Below are positions 52,203 through 64,000 of a stretch of 64,000 nt of DNA, in pieces (within the stretch, counting starts at the first letter, position 1; every line of letters starts with the position of its first letter). The stretch is taken from assembly GCA_964016885.1 (NCBI GenBank), contig OZ024757.1, positions 23,250,001 through 23,314,000 of the forward strand, in the 5' to 3' direction. Both the position numbers and the translations under genes were made by a program. The stretch comes from Eledone cirrhosa (lineage: Eukaryota). Below the pieces are notes generated by a model that was not told the origin of the DNA, made no database searches, and saw nothing but the letters and a program-made list of their open reading frames with translations.

Positions 52203-53735
52203 ATATCGTATTTGAGTATATATATTGATTTATATTTGAGTATATATATTGTATTTGAGTATATATATATCGTATTTGAGTATATATATATATATCGATT
52301 TATATTTGAGTATATATATCGTATTTGAGTATATATATTGATTTATATTTGAGTATATATATCGTATTTGAGTATATATATTGATTTATATTTGAGTATA
52401 TATATTGTATTTGAGTATATATATCGTATTTGAGTATATATATATATATATATATCGATTTATATTTGAGTATATATATCGTATTTGAGTATATATATAT
52501 ATATATATATATCGATTTATATTTGAGTATATATATCGTATTTGAGTATATATATTGATTTATATTTGAGTATATATATCGTATTTGAGTATATATATAT
52601 TGATTTATATTTGAGTATATATATCGTATTTGAGTATATATATTGATTTATATTTGAATATATATATCGTATTTGAGTATATATATATTGATTTATATTT
52701 GAGTATATATGTATCAATTTATATTTGAGTATATATATATCGATTTATATTTGAGTATATATATATATCGATTTATATTTGAGTAGATATATCGTATTTG
52801 AGTTTATATATCGATTTATATTTGAGTATATATATCGTATTTGAGTATATATATCGATTTATATTTGAGTATATATATCGTATTTGAGTATATATATATC
52901 GATTTATATTTGAGTATATATATCGTATTTGAGTATATATATATCGATTTATATTTGAGTATATATATCGTATTTGAGTATATATATTGATTTATATTTG
53001 AGTATATATATCGTATTTGAGTATATATATATTGATTTATATTTGAGTATATATATCGTATTTGAGTATATATATTGATTTATATTTGAATATATATATC
53101 GTATTTGAGTATATATATATTGATTTATATTTGAGTATATATATATCGATTTATATTTGAGTATATATATATCGATTTATATTTGAGTATATATATCGAT
53201 TTATATTTGAGTAGATATATCGTATTTGAGTATATATATCGATTTATATTTGAGTATATATATCGTATTTGAGTATATATATATCGATTTATATTTGAGT
53301 ATATATATCGTATTTGAGTATATATATTGATTTATATTTGAGTATATATATCGTATTTGAGTATATATATATTGATTTATATTTGAGTATATATATTGAT
53401 TTATATTTGAGTATATATATCGTATTTGAGTATATATATATCGATTTATATTTGAGTATATATATCGTATTTGAGTATATATATTGATTTATATTTGAGT
53501 ATATATATCGTATTTGAGTATATATATTGATTTATATTTGAGTATATATATCGTATTTGAGTATATATATATATCGATTTATATTTGAGTATATATATCG
53601 TATTTGAGTATATATATCGATTTATATTTGAGTATATATATCGTATTTGAGTATATATATCGTATTTGAGTATATATATATTGATTTATATTTGAGTATA
53701 TATATCGATTTATATTTGAGTATATATATCGTATT
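52203..53735. repeat. Minisatellite alternating cgtatttgagtatata and gatttatatttgagtatata
   Basis: Unit identical to 51814-51838. Confidence 0.93.
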
Positions 53736-53909
53736 TCAGATAGAATGCTCTGTGGTATTTACTCTGGCTCTTTGGGCTCAAAGTTCAAATCATGGTCAGG
53801 TGAAATTTGCCTTTCATCATTTCATGGTCGATAAAACAAATATCACTCAAGTACAGGGGTCAATTATTCTTCTATATCTTCCTCACTTCCTGTCTACTCT
53901 CTATCTCCA

Positions 53910-53988
<79 letters not shown>

Positions 53989-54074
53989 GTAATAATAATA
54001 AAATTGAAGACTAAAATCCAAAGAGGGCTCGATAAGGATAAATATATATCAAATATATAAGAACCGTAGAGCAA

Positions 54075-54401
54075 ATATTTATTAAATAACAGATTAAAGT
54101 TTAAGCAAAGAATCGCTGCTTTCACCCTTAACGGGATCTTCTGAAACTAACAAAGTCAATCTGTAAACGCAGAACTGGATATTTCAAAAAACGTTGCAAC
54201 CGGAGGAAGACAGGAGACGATACTTTGGTTCGTGGAAACGTTCGCTGGCAAAGAACAGGAAAAAACGAATAATACGTCATTAATAGGAAACGTTTTTTGA
54301 AATATCCAGTTCTGCGTTTACAGATTGACTTTGTTAGTTTCAGAAGATCCCGTTAATGGTGAAAGCAGCGATTCTTTGCTTAAACTTTAATCTGTTATTT
54401 A

Positions 54402-54409
<8 letters not shown>
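54075..54409. mobile_element. Fold-back element, 121-bp arms, each with a hammerhead-like fold (CAGAAGA core)
   Basis: Arms 54075-54195 / 54289-54409; motif at 54098-54148 (-) and 54336-54386 (+); (TA)n flanks. Confidence 0.85.
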
Positions 54410-54437
<28 letters not shown>

Positions 54438-54844
54438 CTATCTATCTCTCTATGTAATAAATTGGCTGCGTTCAGACATGGAGATATGATAACATCCACC
54501 AGGTTTTAAAAATACCCAAGAGATGCTCTTTATCACTACGGCACCCCCTATGACTATCAGTAGTTATGGGAACATACATACACACAGACATATATCTAAA
54601 CACACATATATCTAAAAGCCTTCAACCACAATTTTATGTAATAACTTTTGTTAAGTTATGTTCCAAACATCAGCTTAATAATGAAAACTTGTAGAGATCT
54701 CTGTAATTTTCTGATATTTTCACAAGTATTTGGAAACTATAGACAATTAGAAATATAATAACAAAAGGCACACCAGAAGCAATAGTATGCTTTCTTTAAA
54801 ATATGGCTGATGTTAAAGTATATAATCCTATGTGTTTTTCATTT

Positions 54845-55685
54845 TGGCACCAGCACAACTACTTTACAGAGTGGGCTGAGTGCATTTTATTGTGGTACCA
54901 GCACTACCACTTTACAGAGTGGGCTGGGTGCATTTTATTGTGGAACCAGCACTACCACTTTACAGAGTGGGCTGGGTGCATTTTATTGTGGAACCAGCAC
55001 TACCACTTTACAGAGTGGGCTGGGTGCATTTTATTGTGGAACCAGCACTACCACTTTACAGAGTGGGCTGGGTGCATTTTATTGTGGAACCAGCACTACC
55101 ACTTTACAGAGTGGGCTGGGTGCATTTTATTGTGGAACCAGCACTATTACTTTACAGAGTGGGCTGGGTACATTTTATTGTGGAACCAGCACTGCCACTT
55201 TACAGAGTGGGCTGGGTACATTTTATTGTGGAACCAGCACTACCACTTTACAGAGTGGGCTGGGTACATTTTATTGTGGAACCAGCACTACCACTTTACA
55301 GAGAGGGCTGGGTACATTTTATTGTGGAACCACCACTACCACTTTACAGAGTGGGCTGGGTGCATTTTATTGTGGACCCAGCACTATTACTTTACAGAGT
55401 GGGCTGGGTGCATTTTATTGTGAAATCCAGCACTACCACTTTACAGAATGGGCTGGGTACATTTTATTATAACACCAGCACTACCACTTTACAGAATGGG
55501 CTGGATGTATTTTATCATGGCACCAGAACTACCACTTTACAGAGTGGGTTGGGTACATTTTCTCATAGTACTAGAACTACCACTTTACAGAGTGGATTGG
55601 GTACATTTTCTCATGGTACTAGCACTACCACTTTACAGAGTGGGGTGGGTGCATTTTATCTTGTCACCAGAACCACCTCATTACA
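54845..55685. repeat. 48-bp minisatellite, about 17 units, related to the 17355 and 30931 arrays
   Basis: ttacagagtgggctgggtgcattttattgtggaaccagcactaccact. Confidence 0.95.
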
Positions 55686-56778
55686 GCAGTAGGGTGTTTG
55701 GTGTGTTCTTCCTCGGTCAGGTTGGGGAGACACTGATGGGGTGAGTAGGGTGTAAAACATATCTCCATTATTTTAATATTCTTGTCTTGAAGAATTAATG
55801 ATTAAATCACCAAAAGTAGACACTAATTTAGAATTCGATGAATAGAAAGATTTTCCCAGATTCAGCACCAAATTTAATTGCACTCCCCTGAATAGAATCA
55901 GCAAAATAAGGGTTTTTTGGCAAAGAGCCCTTTCAGCCAAAAGTCTATTCATGATCTAAAGACAATAGCTACACATGACTCTCATAAAAATGTTTTTATA
56001 AAACTTTGACCCATCTTGTATGAGTTACATTAAAACTGATAAAAAAAAAATACAAATTGTCTGTGAGGTACAGTGAAAACACCACTCCAACCTAGGTGCA
56101 GAGTCTGTCACCCTCTCCCCTTCTTCCATTTTTTTCTTCCCTTATCTAATAGTCCTTGCTCTTCTCCTCCTTTTCCTCTCATTTATGGCATTTATAGTCC
56201 TTTCTTTTACTTTCCTATACAGCCAGATCTGCCTTTCTTTATTCCTTCCCCACTTATTTTCACTACTTAACTTTGTTTTTATCCTCTTTTTAATATTCCC
56301 ATCACTGTATAACTCTTGTTCAATAAATACATCCTAAAATAAATTTTAAAAATAAATTGCAAAACGTTTGAAAGAAAAGCAATCAGATATTTCTCCTAGG
56401 TAACAATAAATAGGTTTCCATGGTTAATTAATCTTCAAGAAAAATACTTGTTGTTGCTTTAAATATTTTATTGGACTCTTGAATAACATAGAAAATAAAA
56501 ACTAAAAACTGTGTGTATATATATGTAACCAATTTCTCGGACTTTTATAAAGCACTGAGAATGATGTACTCATGAGTGAAGATGTTATAAAGTAGCTTGT
56601 AAAATAGGGTGATGACCCTTAATGATGGAAATAGAAGTTGCCATCAGCCGCTATGAGGAATCAAACCCCATATCTCACATATACTAGTTACGTGCTTTCA
56701 GTCACGGTCCCTTGGTCAATAATCAATAAAAACATTCATGTAAAACTTTGTCTTGCTATATTTTGTATATGTATATAT

Positions 56779-57122
56779 GGAGGCACATGGCTTAGTGGTT
56801 AGAGCATTGGCCTTGCAATCGAAAGGTTGTGAATTCAATTCTCAGACCGGGTGATGTGTTGTTTCCGTGAGCAAGACACTTTATTTCACATTGCTCCAGT
56901 TTACTCAGCTGTAGAAATGAGATGATAGGGACTGGGGTCCCTATCATTCCACTGCAAAGTGGTCATGGAGGTGCCACGGCAAAAAAGCACCCAGTACTCA
57001 CTGTAAATGAGGTTGGTGTTAGGAAGGGCATCCAGCTGTAGAAATCAAGCCAGAATCAGTTCCCGTCCCACCCTTGCAAGCAGGGAAAAAGCGGACGTAA
57101 AATGAAATGATGAAATGATGAT
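56779..57122 (+). mobile_element. Full-length SINE A
   Basis: Near identical to the 57390 copy. Confidence 0.95.
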
Positions 57123-57389
57123 AAACAAAATTTGTATTCACTCTAACATAGCAGATACGTAACTGAATTTGTGAGTAAATAATAATAATATTATAATATT
57201 ATTAATATTCGATTAATTTGCAAGTAAACAGCCTCATAACGCCATGTGTTTTAGATGACTATTATCATCCTTTTGTTCCAGCAGTAGCAGAGAGAAACAA
57301 TCTACAATGTTGGGAGAATGTGTAATGCCATGACTGTTGAAAAATGATAATTATTGTCTTCACCCTGGATTTACTCATGCATGCTTTAT

Positions 57390-57735
57390 GGAGGCACATG
57401 GCTTAGTGGTTAGAGCATTGGCCTTGCAATCGAAAGGTTGTGAGTTCAATTCTCAGACCGGGTGATGTGTTGTTTCCTTGAGCAAGACACTTTATTTCAC
57501 ATTGCTCCAGTTTACTCAGCTGTAGAAATGAGATGTTAGGGACTGGGGTCCCTATCATTCCACTGCAAAGTGGTCGTGGAGGTGCCATGGAAAAAAAGCA
57601 CCCAGCACTCACTGTAAATGAGGTTGGTGTTAGGAAGGGCATCCAGCTGTAGAAAGCAAGCCAGAATCAGTTCCCGTCCCACCCTTGCAAGCAGGGAAAA
57701 AGCGGACGTAAAATGAAATGATGATGAATGATGAT
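57390..57735 (+). mobile_element. Full-length SINE A
   Basis: Head, CORE-like box and (ATG)n tail. Confidence 0.95.
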
Positions 57736-57739
57736 GCTT

Positions 57740-58493
57740 TCTTTCGACAAGGGGAATTTTTTGTTTGCCACAATCTCACTTGGCCATTTTGTCTTTGGAT
57801 CATTCTCAAACAGCCATCCTTCATCTCCTGTTATTACTTTATCCAAGAAATTTGGCTCAATTTCAAATCTTAATAGCAAACCCTGACAAATCTTGAACTG
57901 GTTTGCTTTTTGTTCCACAGACAACTGTTTGAGCACTAGTTTTGCACAAATTTTTCACATGTGCAAATGATCTGGCAAAATTCTATGAACTGCATTCTTA
58001 TCCAAGCCTGTTTCATCTGCAATCACCCTAACACTTAATCGACGATCTTTCGCCATCACCGTTCATACCACTTCCAAATTATTTTCATTTATTGATGAGA
58101 TTGGTTTTCCAGAATGAGGTTCATCTTTAACATTTTTTTTTGTCCCTCTTAGAAAAGTTTGCTCCACTTAAAAACCTTACTTCTCAATAGAATGCCATTT
58201 CCATAAGCTTGTGTTAAAGAATGAAATATTTGGATGGCAGATTTGTTGTGTTTTCTACAAAATTTGATTGCGTGCCATTGTTTGATATTTTCCTGCATCA
58301 CAAATGTAACAACAAAGGTTAAATACGTCTGTACATAAACAGCAATAGCTCACGACTGACTCAATCATGTCAAAACAAGTATGTATGTGCACCCAAGGTC
58401 ATAACCATCATGCCTATAAACATCAACGAGGTACTGCATTATCATGTCGTACATAGGAACATCAGTACCCTTACTTTTGGGACAAACTTTGTA
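57740..58493 (-). mobile_element. Decayed mariner transposon, 5' half
   Basis: LSVEQKANQFKIC..LL..FLDKVITGDEGWLFENDPKTK (first catalytic D motif); end tacaaagtttgtcccaaaagtaagg resembles a mariner TIR. Confidence 0.8.
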
Positions 58494-58936
58494 TTATTAT
58501 ATCCACCCAAATCCTAATTACTATTAAAATGATTTGAAAATCAGAAACAGCCTTTTATATATATAAAAGAAATATAGTTAGATCAAAGTTAGATGAATTA
58601 AATAAAGGTTAGCATTCGTAATATTCAAGTAGACCCTAAAACACAAGCATATAGATGTATCTAGATCACAACATTGAAAAAAAGAGATTTGGTAAAAAGC
58701 AATAATTCTTTAGTCAGAAATATTAAGAGGACTGGTTAGATATAGTTTATATATGGATGGGTGTATAAAGTTTACTCACTAGTGATTTTATACAATAACA
58801 TTTTCTTCAAATCTTTCAAAGATATTTTTGTATTTTTATTAAATATTTTCTCATGGATATTTTATGTTATTTCCTAAATTCTATCCTCTTATGTAAATAA
58901 ATAAATCGAAACCACAAAAAGATCCCAGCAAAGTGA

Positions 58937-59113
58937 TAAAATAAATAAAACAGCCAATTTGCTGTTTTATCATTTTGGAAGAAATATTTCCCAACATGGT
59001 TGTTGTCAGATATTCTCCAAGTAACAAAGATAGTTAACCCTTACATTAGTTTTCATATTTATTGTAGCTCAGCTGAAAGTCACACTCACTGAGAAAAACA
59101 ATCTTGTTTTTAG

Positions 59114-59166
<53 letters not shown>

Positions 59167-59316
59167 GGAGGGAGAGAGAGAGAGATGTAAGTATGCACAC
59201 GCACATATATATATATATATATATAGATAGATATTTTTACTTTAGAGATATGCTTAAAACAATATATAGTTTTCTAGGAAAGTTTACGCTGCAATATATA
59301 AACAAGTAAGATAGAA

Positions 59317-59378
<62 letters not shown>

Positions 59379-59441
59379 ACCATGTTGGGAAATGTTTCTT
59401 CCAAAATGATAAAACAGCAAATTGGCTGTTTTATTTATATT

Positions 59442-59445
<4 letters not shown>
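58937..59445. repeat. ~68-bp inverted repeat enclosing microsatellites
   Basis: 58937-59005 versus 59375-59445, near perfect. Confidence 0.85.
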
Positions 59446-59473
<28 letters not shown>

Positions 59474-59639
59474 TTTATATAACTAAAAATAATTGAATAG
59501 AACAATATAAAACTATTTCTATGGACCACATAGAATAACAATATATTTTGTTAGGTTTTAAATATATTTACTTGCAATATTTATTTCTTAAATCTCTGGA
59601 GATTAAAACCAAAGCTTAAACTTTGAACAACAAGATATC

Positions 59640-59772
59640 ATGATATATATGTAGACACACATGCACATATGTAGACACACATGCACATAGGTATACACAC
59701 ATGCATATATATGTGTACACACACACACATAAGTATACACACACACATATATATGTGTACACACACACACAT

Positions 59773-59817
<45 letters not shown>

Positions 59818-59842
59818 TATATATATACACACACATATCTAT

Positions 59843-59877
<35 letters not shown>

Positions 59878-59968
59878 CACACACATCTATACACACACAT
59901 ATATATATATATACACACACATATCTATACACACACACACATATCTATACACACACACACATATCTAT

Positions 59969-60023
<55 letters not shown>

Positions 60024-60189
60024 TCTATATACACACACACATATCTATATACACACACACACATCTATACACACACACACATATATATCTACACACACAC
60101 ATATCTACACACACACACATATATACACACACACATATATACACACACACACATATATACACACAGACCCACATATATACACACACACC

Positions 60190-60253
<64 letters not shown>

Positions 60254-60255
60254 AT
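59640..60255. repeat. (CA)n/(TA)n compound microsatellite
   Basis: Direct reading of the sequence. Confidence 0.9.
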
Positions 60256-60487
60256 AGATATGAGAAGGGTGAAAGTTGAGGCAAAGAACGTTATGCCAAA
60301 GTTTCAAGCTCCCTATAGAGACATCTATAGAGTAGTAATAATGGTGCTTGAGCAAGATTTTCACCATTTTTATTTCTACTATTCATCGTTCTAGAAATAC
60401 GGGTTAGAAGAAAAATATATTTAATGTTTACATCCTGGTTATTCATGCATTATATACACACCCTTTGAACTCTGTTCCCACACACTT

Positions 60488-60525
60488 CTCACCTGAAGAA
60501 GGGCTTATGCCCGAAACGTCGTTCC
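60488..60525 (+). ncRNA. Minimal hammerhead core typical of Penelope-like pseudo-LTRs, stem I decayed
   Basis: CTGAAGA a gggc ttat gccc GAAA cgtc; AATAAA ~40 nt downstream, then (TA)n. Confidence 0.65.
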
Positions 60526-60609
60526 CCACCACCACCCCACTCTCCAGAGCGTGAAATTAATAAACTTCATTGTACTGCCTCTCTGTTTTGTTCCTGTTCA
60601 AATTTTTCC

Positions 60610-60646
<37 letters not shown>

Positions 60647-60648
<2 letters not shown>

Positions 60649-60838
60649 GTGGTGGATTGGCAGTATCGGTAGAGGGTCGGATGCCATGCTTTGACGCATA
60701 GAGTTACGGCCCTTGCCATTCTGAGTTCAAATCCCGCCGAGGTTAACTTTGCCTTTCATCCTTACGGGGTCGATAAAATAAAGTACCAGTAATGCACTGG
60801 ATAATTGCTGGCCTTGTGCCAAAAAGTAGAAACAATTA
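60647..60838 (+). mobile_element. Full SINE B in (TA)n
   Basis: Matches the 49673 copy. Confidence 0.93.
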
Positions 60839-60980
60839 TATATATATATATATATATTGTTATACTTTGGAAGGGTCATGTTGCCAATAAAAACACACAC
60901 ACGTATTGGTTTTCAGTTCAATTTATTATAAATTTCCAGTCAGTTGGTTCGTTCGATAACCGGAAGGTTGTTCATATATT

Positions 60981-61023
60981 GTCAAAGCTCTTTCGTCACA
61001 CATTCTGTGACCTCCTCAGTGAC
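60981..61023 (-). ncRNA. Minimal type I hammerhead ribozyme in a (TA)n-flanked 225-bp insertion (60858-61083)
   Basis: gtca CTGAGGA ggtcac agaatgt gtgac GAAA g ag CTT tgac; AATAAA downstream on the same strand. Confidence 0.7.
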
Positions 61024-61114
61024 TAAGTTTTTATTTTGTGTGTCTCTCCTTCGTTCTGTCCTACACGTTTTTGTTTTTGTATGTATATATATATATATAT
61101 ATATATATAGTAAT

Positions 61115-61165
61115 AGTTTCAGAAGATCCCGTTAAGGGTGAAAGCAGCGATTCTTTGCTTAAACT
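61115..61165 (+). ncRNA. Solo copy of the CAGAAGA hammerhead-like motif
   Basis: Matches 54336-54386; bounded by TA repeats. Confidence 0.6.
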
Positions 61166-61179
61166 TTAATAAATATATA

Positions 61180-61395
61180 TCATCATCATCATCATCCTCA
61201 TTTTACATCCGCTTTTCCCTGCTTGCAAGTGTTGGACGGGTCCTATTCAGCACAGCATCTCTCTACTTGTCACGGTCCTTCGTCATCTCCTCGGTGAGTT
61301 TCAGCGATCTGAGGTCTGTTCTCACCAACTCCACCCTTGTTTTTCGTGGTCTACCTCTACCACGTCTTCCTTCAACTGGCATTTCTTGGCAGTTT
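61180..61395 (-). mobile_element. RTE LINE extreme 3' fragment
   Basis: Colinear with 46181-46395. Confidence 0.9.
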
Positions 61396-61519
61396 TCTCC
61401 TTCAAAGTAATCCCCCTGGAGTATGTAACTGTAATCTTAGCTCTTAGCAGCGATCAAACTTTTTTCTTCATAATTTTATATAAATGTCCTCTGTTTCAGG
61501 TCGTCAAGCAATGAACACA

Positions 61520-61612
61520 TTGTGTGTGTGTGTGTGTAATACACTCCCCTATGAAGCTTTAAACTGTGTGTGTGTGTGTGTGTGTGTGTAATACACTCCC
61601 CTATGAAGTTTT

Positions 61613-61652
<40 letters not shown>

Positions 61653-61708
61653 ATACACTCCCCTATGAAGCTTTAAACTGTGTGTGTGTGTAATACACTC
61701 CCCTATGG
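61520..61708. repeat. 4 units of (tg)n-taatacactcccctatgaagctttaaac
   Basis: Direct reading of the sequence. Confidence 0.85.
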
Positions 61709-62124
61709 TTGAGTCAAAATTTGGCCGAATCGTACTGCTTACTATGCTCCTGTTGATCGCCAATCACAGGATATTTCTTCCATTTGAAATGTTCACTGAT
61801 GATGAACAAGGAAGGATTTTTCTGTCTTGAATTTTGTTTCTTGACAGAGAAAGTCTCCTGATGATTTGAGATTTCTTGCAATACTCAGAGTATTGTTATT
61901 TTCTCAAAGAAACTGCAGTAGGGACATTAAAGTAAGTAAAGATATTTTTCTTATCTTGTTTGCTTTTCCCAGATGATTATATCTATATATATATATAATC
62001 TTCTTCCAATGAGTTTCTTACATTCTATTTTACATGGGACTGTTCTTTTTTAAGACTGTATGGTGAGATTTGAGGGAGATTTGGTTGCTATATTTAACAG
62101 ATGAAATAATTTTATAGATGAGAT

Positions 62125-62377
62125 CGTGTAGGTGTCACGACAAAAAAACACACAGTCCACGCTGTAAATGTGGCTGTGTAGGCAACACGGTAAAAACCTC
62201 CCAGACCCACACTGTAAATGTGGTTGGTGTTAGGAAGGGCATCCAACTGTAGAAAACCTGCCAGACAGTCCTATGCGAGCAAGACAATCACTCTTGCCTC
62301 AAGTGGGAAAACCCCCGTCCAAACCCATGCAAGCGTGGAACACGGACGTTAAACGTTGATGATGATGATGATGATGA
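62125..62377 (+). mobile_element. SINE A-related 3' fragment (different subfamily)
   Basis: ctgtaaatgtggttggtgttaggaagggcatccaactgtagaaa and cggacgttaaacg(atg)n tail. Confidence 0.8.
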
Positions 62378-64000
62378 GGCTCTTTCATCAACTGGTGGAA
62401 AGCACAGAGTAGAGGAAAGAGACAGTTTTAGATCGAAGACAACCAGAACATTTGTCAGTGAAATCCTTTTGAGACAACAATATTAATAATATTTTCTGTG
62501 ACATTAAAAACATTAAAAACCTTTGTCACAATGAAAATGTCAATATTCCCAACATTAAGGGAAGTATGGATTGGTAAGATAAAATGTTTTGTGGTATTTT
62601 ATATCCTAAAATTAACCTTATCTTTCACTATTCTTAAATTAATAAAACAAAGTACCAGTCATTTACTGGAGTTCATTTAATCAACTATTCTTCGATGACG
62701 ATTAAAAAAAAATTTCTTGTCACTGCAAGTAGAGCAGTTATTTCTCTGAAGAGAAAGATCACAGCTCCGATACTATAAGCATGTAGTTAGAATGTCTCAG
62801 GAAGGAAATCGCTGGACAGATTACAGGAGCAAAACCAATAGGCAGGAGACCCAGGAGTAGACCCTGGGCAAAATAGCTGGATAACATCCATATGTTTGAA
62901 TGGATAAAAGGCAAAGTTGACCTCAGTGAAATTTGAACTCAGATATCAGAGAGCTGGAACAAATACCACAAAGCATTTTATCTGACATTCTATTGACTCT
63001 ACCAATTCACAAACCTTAAAGATGAGATAAACATTGTATAAAGTGGCAGTATGGGTCAAAAACACCATCTCAGCCTTCATCTTGTTCAAGATACAGAGAA
63101 GGCATTTACTATTCCATACAGATAAAGATTTAAACACACTAAATATTCAAACCAGGTTCATTACTACAGAAGATAGCATCCTGCTCTTTTATTACTTATG
63201 CAAAAAAGGTTAAAAGGAATATCTTCTCTTAGTGATATCTCAATCTGCTTGTTGTTGTTGTTTTTTGTGTTTTTAGTGGAAGGAAGGGGAAGGGGTTCCA
63301 TTGAATGAGATTATTAAGGAGAGGTCATAAGACATTTGCATTTCTCCCACGGTAACACTTGTCATTCAAATCCGACAATTGAAACAAGGGTTATGAATCA
63401 TATATATCTCAAGTATCACCAATAATATTTCTTTTCCTTGCAGCAATGGCTATTGTATGCAGTCGACAATACATACAACACGGTACAATTGCAATTTCTT
63501 ACTCATACAACTAACTTATCTGCTGGCATCTTACTAAAGAAAAACTTTCAAAGCTGAGCGAATATCACCACAATGCAGTTTCTAGTATAAATATGAATCA
63601 TAATAGTATCTTGACTATGTCTCCATTCAACCGTTAACACTTGACATTATGACAAGTAAGAGATATACAGGAATTCAAAGAAAGGTGCTACTATGCTCTT
63701 CGTGAATAGTACAATGCAGTTATTCATAATTAGTTAAATGTAAAGTTAGTTGTTGGACTAACTCAACATGTATTGATACCAAAGATTAATTTCTGTCTTC
63801 CTCTCAAGGAACTTGATACTGTTTATTTTATTATTTCCTACATTTCTAAACTGGAGTCTCTTCCATATTTTATTTGAATATTTTTTGGTGACAAACTGGA
63901 AGAAACATTGACCCTTTTGACATCAAAACCACCCAGAACTGCTTCTGGTTGTGTGAAACAGAACCAGCCGATTTTAGATGACCCCCCGTGAGAAGCAAGT

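Noticed and set aside
56779-56855. tRNA-Cys-like gene (ttgcaa loop, A and B boxes)
   Set aside because: No acceptor stem; it continues into a SINE body and is multi-copy
61790-61810. ctgatga as a hammerhead core (also 36879, 42983, 44234, 61858)
   Set aside because: No stem II-GAAA-UH arrangement follows

Overview
AT-rich animal genomic DNA made almost entirely of repeats. The SINE, LINE and microsatellite repertoire looks cephalopod (Octopus-like), which is an inference from pattern recognition only. I found no intact host protein-coding gene, and nearly all long ORFs in the track are translations of tandem repeats. Contents: two abundant tRNA-derived SINE families plus a third CORE-type copy; fragments of RTE, Vingi/Ingi-like and R4/Dong-like LINEs; two Penelope-like (GIY-YIG) remnants; mariner, pogo and piggyBac-like DNA transposon remnants; and several large minisatellites that grew out of segments of these elements. 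The most notable signal is about ten independent short insertions in or beside (TA)n tracts that carry type I hammerhead-ribozyme cores. Many are long fold-back palindromes. They include a variant with a ~115-nt stem II and a recurrent CAGAAGA core variant. I read them as a set of non-autonomous Penelope-derived ribozyme elements. Coordinates were read by eye and may be off by a few bases.
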